From assembly GCA_013265495.1 (NCBI GenBank), contig MU058781.1:12073009-12137008 (forward strand): 64,000 bases of DNA, in the 5' to 3' direction. The notes beneath the pieces were generated by a model. That model was not told the origin of the DNA. It made no database searches and saw nothing but the letters and a program-made list of their open reading frames with translations. The position numbers and the translations under genes are program-made. The DNA comes from Vicugna vicugna. Its lineage: Eukaryota. This document shows, piece after piece, positions 28,957 through 42,200 of the stretch (within the stretch, counting starts at the first letter, position 1; the number at the start of each line of letters is the position of its first letter).

Positions 28957-30430
28957 TTTATAAATACTCCATCATTTTTGTTTGAACTCGGATACGCATG
29001 CCCCTGCCTCCTAAGAAGCTGTAAAAGGCTAGGTCAGGCACCATGCATTTGAGCACCAGTTGGCCCAGCCTCTGGACAGCTGGAGCTTGGGGGCTAAAGC
29101 GCCCTCTGCTGGTTTGGGCTGGCAGTTCCTGGCCAGTCCCTGGCCCTGTAGACACTTGTTCAAGGCTCAGAGGGCTCCACATGCATCCCTTGGCACGGGG
29201 CTTCATTTCCTTGGGGTCGCTTTTACATAATGATGTCAAATAATGTGCCCATTCCACTGCAGTATCTATGTACCCACTTCTGAGACCTGCTTAGTCCCCT
29301 CTAGCAAAAGGGGAGCTTGTATAGTCTTACTGAGAAATTGCTCAGCATCCCTACTGTGTTCCCTCTCCCTCTCGAGACAGCTGGCCACATTGTGGTAAAC
29401 GTGTGGCTGTGGCAGACTGGTAAATGAGTTCCGTCTCAACTGTGTTTAAAATAACCCCTCCTATGCCATCCAGAACAATTTCAAGCTCAGAACTGGCAGC
29501 AGATATTTTTTTTTAAGTTTATCAGAAGCATGAGTTGAGCAGGAACGGACAGGCTGAAGCTCAGACTGTTATTAGTAACCACCGTGCTTCCTGGTCTACC
29601 TGCCCACCTCAGTTTCATATTTTAGGCAGGAGGGAGATGTGGATCATCTCCCCCAATAGGATTCTTAGGTATTATTATGCAAATACTGGACTGTTCTTTT
29701 TGTATCTTTTTTTGTATCTAAATGCCTTGCTCTTGTGCAGACTTTTGCATCATAAAGCAGAGGCTGCTTCCCTGATTCATCAGTTCCAGCTCCTCCCCTA
29801 AGACAGTAGCATTTAACCTTCCTTGTCTTTGCCATCAGACTCCTCCCACCTGCAGAATTTTAAAAAATTAATTCAGACCTATCTGTCTATATTTGCCTTC
29901 TCAGCAATAGATCTGTGTCTTGTGCTTCTGCCTCAGTTGCAAGGGACATCCCGCTCATTTCAGGTCCCTGTCTACTTGTCTTTGTACCCTTGAGGTCGGC
30001 AAGGTTTCTACTGCTTTTAGATGGTTGGAACCCAACCTGGAGAGGGTCCTGGAAATGTAAGAGTACCAGTGCCCCCATCACGTGGGGCACCAGGGGCTGC
30101 AGAGCCCACACAGGTGTTCAACAGGAAAGGCAGGCAACGTTACCAAGCCCGCTGGCTTCCCTTGACCCCGCACCTCTCGTCCATGGTGGGTATCCTGCAG
30201 AACTGGCCGCACTTTGGACCCAGAGCCCTGACTGTAAACACAGAACAGAATGCATTTCTCATAGCTTTGTCCCAGCAGCAGGGGCTCGGGGAGATGGAGA
30301 GGTCAGATACAGTCAGTGCAATGGCAGTAGAGTTAAGAAGCCATTATTTGTTGTCATTTATTATCTTTGTTCTTTTTCTTACACTTAATATAACTATGCA
30401 CTTTGGGGGTGGGGTGCTTGAATTTTTTAG

Positions 30431-30512
30431 AAACTTGGGAATGATGCTGTCTCCCAGGATTCTTGCAACCTGGCCTTGAGCAGCACAGAACGGCTGGATG
30501 GAGGTGGGGCAG
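30431..30512 (+). CDS. CARMIL1: CARMIL1 coding exon (KLGNDAVSQDSCNLALSSTERLDGGGA), 82 nt
   Basis: aattttttAG|AAACTT...GCAG|GTAAGT; phases 0/1. Confidence 0.93.
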
Positions 30513-30849
30513 GTAAGTCCAGTCATTGCCAGCATCCCCTTAGGAAAAACATTTGATTCTGGTTCCCAGAGTCACCTGTGATAGGCAGAAGGAAATTAAA
30601 GATTGGGAGGCAAGAATGGGCCTCTATGTTACATGTTCTCAGCTTTCACCTAAAAGAACACATCCCTGCACCTGCCCCAGCTCCACCTGGGGGCACATCT
30701 TCCACCATGATACCCTAGCACCTGGACTGGGCACCTCTTCCCATTTCCCAAAGGGGAGAAATTTCACTGAGAATAACTCCTAAACTGTGGGCTTCTGGGG
30801 AGACAGGGGGAGGAGAAGGGCATATGACTGATGACTTAGCTTAATTTAG

Positions 30850-31140
30850 TTTATTGATTATTGAAGTATAATGGAACTATACCACTGTGTTAGTTCCAGG
30901 TGCACACCATAGTGACTTGATATTTCTATACAAGATGATTGCCACAATAAGTCTAGTTACCATCTGTCACCATAGACAGATATTATGATATTACTGACTA
31001 TATTCCTCAGGCTGTACATTTCATCCCCATGACGCATGTATTTTGCTCCTGGAAGTTTGTACTTAATCTCCCTTGCCCTCCTTCCCCTCTGGTAACCACC
31101 TGCTTGTTCTCTGCATCTATGAGTCTATTTCTATTTTGCT
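30850..31140 (-). mobile_element. L1 3' UTR fragment
   Basis: ttattgaagtataa...cccctctggtaaccac...ctatgagtct. Confidence 0.8.
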
Positions 31141-31882
31141 GAGGTTTTTAAAAAAATAAGCCCCACATGGTATGTGGGAGGAGACCCTTTTAATTGACAT
31201 AAGAGGATGCTCTTTCCTTTTAACTTGACTATTTGTGAATATCCAATTTCCTTTGTCCCTCTGACTTTTTAGGAGTAGGAAGAGAATAAGATCCCTTAGA
31301 TAGAAACTGGAGGGTCACTTCTAAATGGCACATTTGAAACCTTATTTTGCAGTTTGATTTCTTGTGTTTAGCTTTAGCATCTTCCTATAGTGAGAGTTGG
31401 AATATCACTCATATTCAACTGGCTTATTTTTGCCTGTTGTCTGAATAATTAAGGCAGCCAAAGGGATGGAGGCGGGCATGAGATGACATTCCTGGAGCCG
31501 TTCTCACTAAGCATGAGGTTATGGGCATGAGCCCAGCCTCCCTCACCCAGGACCTGCAGCCCGCCCCGAACGGATGACCCTGAACCGACTGTCACCCAGA
31601 ACTGAGGCGCCTGCAGTTGGTTATACCTGTACCTTGTGTCATATCTAAGGAAGATCTGACAGCTTCAAATGCACTAAGATGGGCTCTTCTCCCTGTGCAT
31701 CTGAAGGCACATGTACACTTAATATTAAATATGAGGCTTGTTATCTGTGGAATAGTCAAGGGTGATCAAAAGAGCACCATCAAGGTCACTGCTTTTCCAC
31801 CAAGAATTTAAGTCTTCCACCAGCATGTTCTGATTCTAAAAACAGGCTAGGATGGCATGTTCCTGCTCTAAATTATTTTTGA

Positions 31883-32170
31883 TGACAGATCGAGAGAACA
31901 AACTAGTGGTCACCAGTGGGGAGAGAGGTGGGAGGAGGGGCAAGATTGGGGAAGGGGATTAAGAGGAACAGACTGCTGGGTATAAAATAAGTAAGATACA
32001 AAGATGTACTGTACAGTGCAGGGACTATAGCCAATATTTTATAATAATGTAACATGGAGTCTAATCTATAAAAATATTGAATCACTATGTTGCACACGTG
32101 AAACTAATGTAATTTTGTAAGTCAGCTAGACTTCAACGGAAAGAAGGAAAGGAGAAAAAAGAAAGAAAAT
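31883..32170 (+). mobile_element. L1 3' UTR fragment with A-rich tail
   Basis: acaaactagtggtcaccagtgggg...gaatcactatgttgcacacgtgaaactaa...cttcaa. Confidence 0.82.
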
Positions 32171-32283
32171 ATCTGTGATGAGAAATGCCACGAAATGATT
32201 ATAGCAGTCTCTCATATGATCAGTCTCTCTTACCTTTGATTTTTAAAGCAGAGTGAGCTTTTTTGTACCCATTTTCATTCTAG

Positions 32284-32487
32284 TGCCCAAACTGCACCCA
32301 GAGAACCGCTTTGGTTTGGCGATGCCAGAAAAGAATGCCAAAGCAGAGCTCAAAGTGGAGGCGGGCCCCCGGACTCGAAGCTTTTCCAGCAGACCCGCCA
32401 GCCCGAAGCCCCTCGTGCAGTCCCCCAAACCCAGCCTGCCGGTGCGGCCCACCATCCCGCAGAAACCAAGAACCGCCTCACGGCCTG
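32284..32487 (+). CDS. CARMIL1: CARMIL1 coding exon, proline-rich region (VPKLHPENRFGL...PQKPRTASRP), 204 nt
   Basis: ttttcattctAG|TGCCCAAA...CCTG|GTAAGT; ORF 32253..32546. Confidence 0.95.
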
Positions 32488-32636
32488 GTAAGTGTTTTGC
32501 TGGTCAGGGCTGTCATGACACTGTGACTGAGGGGCACACAAAATAGCTTCCTACTGGGCAGAGTGGGGAGAAAGGAGGCCAAAAAATACTTTTAAAAGTT
32601 AAAAAAAAAAAAAAAGACTACTCAAAAGCAGGCGGT

Positions 32637-32775
32637 GGGGGAAGGTATATCTCAGTGGTAGAGTACGTGCTTAGCGTACACAAGGTCCTGGGTTCAATCC
32701 CCAGTACCACCGTTAAAATAAATACATAAATAAACCTACTGACCTAACTCCTAACTACCCCCGAGCCGCCCCAAA
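32637..32775 (+). mobile_element. tRNA-derived SINE (vic-1-like)
   Basis: A/B boxes (tctcagtggtagag...gggttcaatccc); TSD AAAAGCAGGC at 32624-32633 and 32776-32785. Confidence 0.88.
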
Positions 32776-33891
32776 AAAAGCAGGCTGGCATTTTTGTCAG
32801 CTGGCATGTCTCTAGTCTGAAGTAAGGAAACAGCTCTGATCAAGTCAATCCAGTTTGTAGAGTATTTTGGTTCCCCAGTTGCTAATGCTGAAAACTAGCT
32901 GGATTCCCAACATTCTGTGGCAAGAAGCTTTTCTTTCAGTTGATTTGCTAAATGTGTTCATTGAAGTCTTAGTACTTAGTGTCTTGAGAATTATGTTAAC
33001 AGGCTCATGTTTTTATAGAGCTGGAGGATTCAGCAGGTATTTGCAAGTACACCCTTTCCCCTCCTCTCTGCAGCTGGGAGAGATTGTCACGGCAAGTAGT
33101 GCTACTTTCACAGTGTCTTGTCACATCCCTGCTTCTACAGTCACATGCAGGAGACCTGAAGTGTAAGGCTAAAGAGGACCTGGCTGGAGGTTGCCTTCTG
33201 CACACACACACACCCATTCCAAATTGGAATTAGCTTGCTGGTAACAGAGCAGATAAAGGAGTGTAATTCAGTTAATCCTTCCAATTAGAGTGAAACAGGA
33301 CAGGCTTTAGAATGAAAAGACTAGAGTTCTAGTCCTTGCTATCTGGCCGTCTTTCTAGCTTAGCAGGTCATTTAATCTCTTCATTTGCACAGTGATCCCC
33401 ACGGTCCTTTCTGGTTCTAAAAGTCCAGGATTCTAAGTCATTCTTACCGATCTCAGTCTGTGTGTGTAGGTACACACACTTACACCCCTGCACACACAAA
33501 TATATATTGCGTACGTGTTGTGACCACGTTACTGGATGTGACAACAGGTAAAGGCAGTAGGTTATAACTACTATTGCATATTTTAAGAAAAGCAAACAGC
33601 TTTTTGAGGCCGAAGGAGCACGGAGTTCACATGCAGTCTAGTTTTCAAATATCAACTCATGGAAATTCTGTCTGCAAGATAGATTTCACAGCTGCAGATT
33701 TTAACGTTTCGTTTTCACTCTTTTTCTCTCTATTGTTACTCCACTGAGCTGTGAAACTAGTTTTTGGCCAGAAAAATTCTATGATGCTTTTTAGAAATGT
33801 ATTAGTCATTTGTATTTAGAGATTAACCCAGCTGATGCTTTAGCAATCCAGTTTGTGGAACAGCTTGATTCATGTCTTTGTGTCTCCACAG

Positions 33892-34032
33892 AGGACATCC
33901 CAGACTCGCCATCAAGCCCGGGGTCCCCTAAAGTTGCTCTTCTTCCACCTGTCCTGAAAAAAGTTCCCTCGGACAAGGAGAAAGATGGCCAGAGTAGCCC
34001 GCAGCCCAGCCCCAGGACATTTTCCCGGGAAG
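33892..34032 (+). CDS. CARMIL1: CARMIL1 penultimate constitutive coding exon (EDIPDSPSSPGSPKVALLPP...PRTFSRE), 141 nt
   Basis: tgtctccacAG|AGGACATC...GAAG|GTAAGA; ORF 33810..34154. Confidence 0.95.
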
Positions 34033-36192
34033 GTAAGAAATGTTTTCTCTGGGTTAGCTCTCCTCTCCCCAGGGAGAGTCATTTCAAGAGAAAGGAATTA
34101 ATCCTGGGCTCAACTTATATCTTAGCATCTGTAAGTCAGCATCCCTTGGATTAAATTTTGGAACCAGAGCAGTTCTTCACTGAGAAACTGGATTCAACAT
34201 TGTTGGTGACATGGGTCTTAAAGAAGGACCACATACAAGGAATGAAAAGCACAACAAATACTCCGCCCAAAGGCCTTTGTGATACGAATCTCTAGATGCT
34301 CCTGAACTGACTCCCAGTGGGTTAGGAGCACCTCACACATTGTTTTGTGGCTTATTTGGTGCTACCTGTAGGTTTCTAGGTCCCATTATTTCTAGGAGGA
34401 GCTTTGGCTGGTTGTCAGTTACCATAGTTTTGGTTCATGAGTGGCTCATGAAAAGAGACCTTGTGTCTCATTAGTTTGCTTGGCCGTGAGGTCAGACGTT
34501 CCTTATTCTCAGAAGTATCACCTGCGTGGATGATCGCAGAGCATCATCACACCAGTTCATCCCTTCCAAGTTCCTGGGCTGGGAGCAGAGCAAGAAAATC
34601 CCGGGACTTGAAAGCCATCTCCCAGAATGAGATCAAATGTTATTATCAGTGGAGGTGAGGCGTCTTTGGGGTGAATTTAGCACCCCACTATTTCTTCCAC
34701 CCACTTCTCCCCTTCTGTCCAATGCACAGTTGCCTTTGGGGTTCTGTCCTTCATAAAGTGTAATGTACCTGCCATCTCTAAGCCCCACCTATAAAGAAAT
34801 TCTAGAGCCATCATCACCCCTGTCCAGATAGCCCTCAGTATGGTTTGGTTTGGTTTTAGATTTGTTTGATGCTTTAGAATTCTTTGATCTCATGCTGACA
34901 TCTTCCTACCTTGGTCTGTTTTCTGTGATTAATGGCGGTCTTGGGTTAAAGTTAATAGAGAGTGTTTCTGAGTACTTTCTTTGTTAATTGGGAATCAAAT
35001 GAAAAATAAGACAGCCTGCTTTCTCACTTCCATTCTGCAAATTTATTTGATGAGTCCAAGCTTCACTTACCTATTGGCTGTAAAGAAAAGAAGGTAGGGT
35101 TTTGACCAAAGCTGATAAGCCACTTTTGTCAAACAGAAATGAAAGCCATGAAAGATGGCTGACACCTGTAGTTATTTCCCATGGGTTTAATGGGTAAATA
35201 CAGGGTTTGTATTACAGTCACAGCCTTTGGAGTTCTTGGTGTAGAAAGAAACTGTGGTGGTGCCAGGTGACAGTGACTTGAGCTAGCAGGTGTCCCTGAC
35301 AGCCCTGCTCATACCGCACAGTTCCTCCCCCATTCCTACCCTCATTTTCCCCTCTTTCTGCAACTGCTGACTGTGTCCTTTATGTATAAGGAAGCTTTAA
35401 AAATGCCTGAAAGAATTTTGTTAGAGAGAAATGGGGAAGAGCGGAGGGGTGGTAGCGGTCAGTAGGAATGCTCTTCTTGTCCGAAGTGGTTGGACTGTGG
35501 AAGGATTAAAAATAAAAGGGCAGTTGGCTGAACACAAAATAATTGCTTCACATTTTTGAAAAGTGCTGTTTTCTAAGACACCTGCCTATATGATTAAAAC
35601 AAGGCCCAGAGGAACCCCGCAGCCTCGTGAGGAGGAGTACGTCCCAGGGAGCCTCTAGAGTTAAGTAAGTGGGTGAGAGACCGGATGCTGCTGGCATGTC
35701 TTTTGCGGCTTTGAAAACGGCAGGTGTTCTTTCCCCAGGAAGTTAGGAGTGAGTGAGTTGCTTCTCAGACATTTCAGAGCTTCAGGGGTAGATGTTTGAT
35801 TCCCTTCCTCCCTCCGGCTAATAGCAAACACTATGGATGGTTCATGACCCCCCATCTTCCCAACTAGAGACGGTCGAGCTGTGGAAACCATAGCTTTCCT
35901 CTCTGGGATCCAGGATAAGTCAATCACAGGGACCAGTCTGACGGTATCACTTGATATTGAAATTGGACTGAAAATATACGTGAGGTCTGAGAACAGTGTG
36001 TCAATGTCTGTGCTGGTAACATTTTGACTTCAGTTTATCTTTCAGCTTGTCCACTAAGCTGGCCCAGGAATGAGAGCTACTTGTGAGCCTTTTTTCTTTA
36101 GAAAATGATCCTGATGTGCTCATTCCTCTTTTCTTGTACATTATTCATGCTGGTTACTTCATTTCCTTGTTCTGTGCCTCCCTGTGGACTAG

Positions 36193-36217
36193 CGTGCCCA
36201 ACTAATTTCTGAAACAG
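36193..36217 (+). CDS. CARMIL1: Candidate alternative 25-nt exon giving the short C-terminus ...FSRE-ACPTNF* (stop 36210-36212)
   Basis: ttccttgttctgtgcctccctgtggactAG|CGTGCCCAACTAATTTCTGAAACAG|GTAAAT; the phase-1 join with 34032 gives GCG TGC CCA ACT AAT TTC TGA. Confidence 0.7.
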
Positions 36218-39200
36218 GTAAATTGCTGTGATTCTTCCGGATTATTCCATAGTGAATGTGGTTTTCGTTAATCCATCTTGGAGTCAAAATGGTAATGCTG
36301 GGGCCTTTTTGTTAGTATCTTTTGGGGGCAGACTCAGAGCTCACCTCATTTTGCACGACATTTCCATAATGTTGGCTGTTGAATTCTGTAGATAATGGTG
36401 TATCTGTTCAGGACCAACGCTGTAGGTTCCTTGAATCTTACATGGGGTGGGTAAGCTGCTATTGAATTTTTAATATTAACATTTTTTACTAGTAATGTCA
36501 ACACATTGATGTATTTGCTACTCTAAAGGGTAAAATGAATCCCTTTTCCTCAGTAGTGCAAAGAGGAGATTATTACAAAAGGCATTCAGATCATGACAGT
36601 GGCAAGCCTTCCAGTAGAGGGAAAAGATCTTCAAAACTGTCCTCCACCATTGCAGAAGAGGAAGTGAATGCAATTGGGCACAGGAAGTCACAGCCAACAA
36701 ATGGTTAGAGCCTTCGATTATCATCCCTCACTGTCCCACAGCTTCTGAACTGGCACTAACAAAAACAAACTTTAATTGAGTCACTTCCATCCTGGGACTG
36801 GGGCAGGGATTATTCATACAACTGATTTATTTTTTTCTCAGCGACAACAGGATGGTCCTTCCCTTGGGGGCAAAACATATTGACCTAAAAATCTAAAATT
36901 AGAAATTCTTAGGAGGATCAAGTTACTTTGGAGTTTGGTGACTTATCCTTGCAAATTTTTGTGATCTTGGAGGTTTGTATTTATATTTGGGGTCATGTCT
37001 TATTCTCTTCCTTTATCTCTTTACTCTTCTATTAGAGAGAAACTGGGATGGGATCAGAAATTCTTAAAGGAACACAGTTTATAGCTTTAGAGAATATTGG
37101 CCTAAGCCCTTACCTTACACTCTTTCAGGAAGAATCAGTAAAAAGCCAGTGACTCAGGGCAGACCTTGGGTCCTGTGCCTGATCTTTCAGCGGACATTTT
37201 ATGACACTCTAGTAAGAAAACAAAAGTACCAATCAACTTTTCAACCTCAAGAAAAAATTTATACTATTTTACAGCAGTTACTCAATGACTTTTGTCTTCC
37301 ATTTGACACTATAGTAAGTTCAGGTGAGGACAGTCCCAGGAGACAGTTCTCTCTGACTCAGCAGTGCTTGTTCTAAAACTTCCCAGTGGAGATGAGAGTT
37401 GATTTGAGATCTAATGACAAAGTATTACACCATCCCTCTTGTTAATAACTGTTAAGTGATTTTTCAAGTCAGATTTATAAAGGAAATTCTAGTATCACAA
37501 AAGAAAAAGAATATAAAAGGGACTTTTATATTCCTTAAGGGACTTCCTCCTTCCTCCTGTATAATTTTATCAGAAGTTAACACGTGAGTGTACAACAGTG
37601 TCCATGGCCCCCGAGTCCAGCCATAACTCCACATCCTTCACCACCTCCTGGGAGAACACCCCAGAAGGCCAGGCAATGGAAGTGACCTTATAATAGGGAT
37701 AATTTCCCTTTATTGCAAAAGGCTAAACCATTCCTAAATTTTAGCAGTTTATTGTTGATGGAAAACCTCTTATGACCCACTTTATGGCTTAATAGCCCAA
37801 TGATTTATGATTTCTCAAGGGAGAACTATTGTCTTTGAGGACTTTCCTTGACAGATATAAAAACACAACTAAGAAATCATTTATGAGCTTCTCACCAGCA
37901 AAAACGTTTGGAATTAGCCGTCTTGGCCAGTAACACTGGGTGAGCCACAGACTCCGACTTGCCTGGCGGTCTGGCGCTCGCTAGGTAGATGACAGGGTGG
38001 AGCCTACGGTGTAGAGCAAAGTCTATAGAGCAGATAGGACTAGAACATTGCGTGAGGGCCAGGTAGCACCTGCCTTAGACAAAACCAACAGACTTGGTCC
38101 TGCACTTTTCAAGTATTTCCTGTGTAGTAAATGTGTTCATGGACACATGGTTGTAATAATGCTTTGCAAGAGAGTTTTCTCTGATATTTTCAGGCAAATC
38201 TGTTATCTTTAAGTCATAGAAAAATTACATAAAGGAACACCTAAGATATTTTTTTCTGAAGAGAGGCAGAATTATTTTTTAGAGTGTATTAAATCAGAAG
38301 CTCTGTCTCTCTCGATAAGAACACCCAAGGTTCCACAGATGTTTCTAGATTTTGGAAGTTTACATTTCAACTATTGTATCAGTCAGTATAAATAACTGTG
38401 TTGATTTATATCACTTGATGATTAACAAAGCTCCCTTGATGCAGTGTAACAGTCCTTCTGCAAGATGCCACTAAAAGCATTTTATACCACACACAGGTGG
38501 AGAGACCACACAGATCATCCAGGAAGGTATGAGAGTAAAAATAAGATTAAGACAGAGATAAGCCAAATCCTAGAAAGGCAAGAAATTCTATGTCTTGCTC
38601 AGATTCTTTCATGACCTCTTCAACTAAAAATTCTCATGGTGATGGGCTACATCCAATTTTGATGGAATTAACGGGACCATCTTGTATTTGTTTTATGCTG
38701 TGACTTCTTGAAATATTGATAGGAACCCCAAAAGTGATTTTTACAGGAGCTTCAATTAAAGTAATTTTATGTATAATATTTCGATCTTGTTTTGTTAGTG
38801 CCGAGTCCCAGCACTTGTCTTCACCTTTGAGAACTGCGTAGCAGTCTGCTTTCTGAATAGTTCCTTGTTAACAAGTAGCACTTAGCAGAACAATTCTATT
38901 AAACTGTGGTGTGTACTTTAAATGTTTTCAGAGCAGCTTTGTTTATGCTAAAACAGCTCTCTTATTTTCCTAAATCAAGTATCTGTGAACCAAACAAAGG
39001 CGCTTGTTCTCAAAGCATGCTGCATAATTTTAATTGTGTGGCTATTTTAATATTGACTTGATAGGTAAAATGCTTATTTTCTTTTTCTGGACGTATTTGT
39101 AACTGCATCTTTTGAATTTCGTATCATTTCCTCTCTCTGTTTATAAGCTGTGATGTTTTCATTAGAGTATGTCCTATCTTCTTGAAGGAAATAGTTGATT

Positions 39201-42200
39201 TTGTCTCTGTATGCATTGTAATGTATCCACTTTGTACCGGCCATCTTATTCTGAGATTCCTTTTCATGTATCACTTGCTGCTTCCATAATCCAACCTCTA
39301 GCCAACAAATATTTGGCTGTGGCTTATATTCTGTAAGCCAGTGCTCTGTTCCCCACCCCCATCCTTTTTTTTTTTTTTTAACCAGATCTAGGTTCTCCTA
39401 CCACTCTGTGAATTCTTCAAAAGAAATTTAATGGTTGGTTGGCACTTATGGCTCTTGCCAGAAAGTATTAAAAAAAAAAATCAGGGCCAACTACTGAATA
39501 TTATTTTAAGGTCATAATGTTTTTCTTGAAATAGGGATGTCAGTGGAGCTGAAAATGGAGAAAAGCTGAAATTTTCGTATGAATTTCTTATTCTAAATTT
39601 ATATGCACATTTCAGAAGCCTTAATTTTGCATATATATGCAAAATCAGATCAAGAATGACGGTGTTCACATGTGCGCCTCTTTCTGCCAGTTATCCACAC
39701 TGTTGACAGGATGTGAATATACATGGAGTGTTTGTGTTGAATAACTGCCTGTTTACTTGAAGTATCTTTTATAATTTTCGTGATACTTGGAGTGGTAATA
39801 AATACATGTATAGAGGCACTCCATTTTAATGTATGAATTTTTGCATTTAAGCAGTCTGATTTTTTTAAAGCACTATATAAAGTCAAGCATTAAGTCAGGC
39901 TGCTTAAAAAGGAGGTTCATCTGAATAAGTCTGAATTTTAAAGATATTCTGAGAGAATTTCTGGAGTTTTAAGTTTCAAGCAGACACAATTTTATTTAGA
40001 CTATCTGTTAGTGGGAACTTGACCAAACCCCCTTCATAATTGTAATCAGCATCCTAATTATATGCAGTCGAATAGTTGCTGCCTAAGGGCTGGAAAGCAA
40101 ACTTGACAAAGAACGTTCCTGTTTACACTCATGACCTGGAATAATATTCAGTGCTTTGGCTTCCAAATTCAACAGATTCAGTGGTGTGACTTGACTTCCT
40201 TGCCCTCGCCATGCCTCAAATTTTCCTATCCAAGAGTGGTGCCTAGCTGTAATCCTAAGGAAATCGTCAACCTGGTACTAGTCTCATTATCACATTCACA
40301 AATTGGTAGAGTTGAATCAGTGGACTCGACTATTTTTAGACTGAATTTTAAAGTGTCACCACCATGGTGAACTGCTTTGACAGTCCTCCAGAAAGAGCAA
40401 GTCATTAATCCTCTCAGTGACAATGTCAGACAAATGAAAATTTTTGCTTTTAGGACTGGTACCAGGTCGGGTCTGTATCACCGACTTAGCAAACATTAAC
40501 AACAGGCAGGTTTCAGTCTTCTCCCCTGCCCTCTGCCCACCCGCAGCCTGGAGGACTCAGAAGTTAGTGTCACTTAGATGGACACTGTAGGAAAGTGTAC
40601 CTTTTGCAGGATGATTCCTGTGTTGGTTTTCTGTGAATTCCAGTTAGCCCTGGTCCAGAGTTATCTCAGTTTTTATCTGTGACAGACATTCTTGATTACA
40701 TCAATTTCTCCATTTTTAGAGAGTACTGATGTCATATCCTGTAACATCAGTCGGGCCTGGGATTTTGAGGAGACTAAAATATTGGGAAGGATGAAAAGCT
40801 ATTTATTGTAAGAATTAATACATTTGCTCTGAAGACAAATAAGTCATGTATCACCATATTTATTTCTTCCTTTGAACTTACAGTGTTGGAAATTTTTGAG
40901 TCACTTGATACAGAGGGAAAACTTAGTCTGGTTTTAAAATGGAATGTATAAAATTTTCTAGCAGATTTCACTAGTAATGCTCTACTTTGGGTTAGATCAT
41001 TGCAATTTCAAGATGAAAATATGATAAACCTTCTATACACAGAAGTTGAGAACTTAAGTACTTTGTGTATTACTATCAAATTGGTTTTGTGATAAAGAGC
41101 AAACTATTTATAGAAAATTATTTATTTTCCCCCCAAATTGGCCTGTTAACAACTTTCAAAGGACCAAATACATTTAATTTTTTTACCCAATTCAAGCTAA
41201 AAACTAAAAATCAACTATAATATTTATTTGTTTTCCCTCCAAGAATGTGCTCAAAACTGTTGGGTAAAAAGTCAAAAATTACTTACTTGTATGAGGAGAT
41301 TGAAAGGTTTATCCTCAGAATTTTGGGTAGTTTCAATTTGGTGTAATTAACTAAAAATTTAATTTTTTTATCGCCTTGAGCAGAATCTGGCCCTGAGAAC
41401 AAGATTGGCAAGAGAAGGATTTTGTTATGTTTGCATTTTGACTATTAGGTTTCATGAGCTTTCACTTCCTGAAATTCTCTTTAGTGGATTAAACATTCAA
41501 GTATCCAGTTCCTGGCAAGTTTTTTTGTTTTCTGTTTTTTTTTTTTAAGCAGAAAGCTAAAATCAAAATGATTAGAGATATCAGATGCATCCTCTCGCTT
41601 TTTCCAGGACTAGGTTCCTGGCTAGATCATTTTAACTTCTGGGTGGCGAGGTAGCTGGACCCTTCTTTAAAGCCACACAAAGTGGGTGGGTTTGGTAGTT
41701 TTAGCTTAAGTAGTGTCTCTACCCTAGACTTGATTAGTAACATTTAATAACCCTTAACAGCCATGCTGCAGTGTGGCATCTGAACCTTTCCCTGGGTACA
41801 ATAGCAGTGAAGCTATGCTCTAGTTGGAAAGAACATGGGCTTTGGAGAGAGAGGATTTTTTAAAACCTGGAATCAGGATTTAAACCAAATCTATCTGGTA
41901 GCCGTGAAGAGTAGCAGTGGTAACACCGAGTGCCCGACAGCACACACCACAGAGGCTCAGTGCTGGTCACTGTTCTCTCATCAGAGCTTTGTAGAGACTC
42001 AGTAGAGCCTCCATAGTTTGTGACCAGAACAGGCAACAAAAACGGTAATTCTTTTACCTGGAGACTGGCTCCTACAGGACTGAATACGTCAACGGCAGTA
42101 TTAATTCATTTCCGTGAGACTTTTTTCATTTCCTAGGGAGTGAGACTGAGGTTCTCTGAGACATAGAAAGGGGCCCATCCTTATGTCCTGTCCCCAGAAC

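Noticed and set aside
29915..30479. 157-aa and 152-aa intronic ORFs
   Set aside because: No homology or splice support; the real exon (30431-30512) uses a different frame.
40454..40465. Possible 12-nt microexon (ttttAG|GACTGGTACCAG|GTCGGG)
   Set aside because: The donor is far from consensus and there is no other support.
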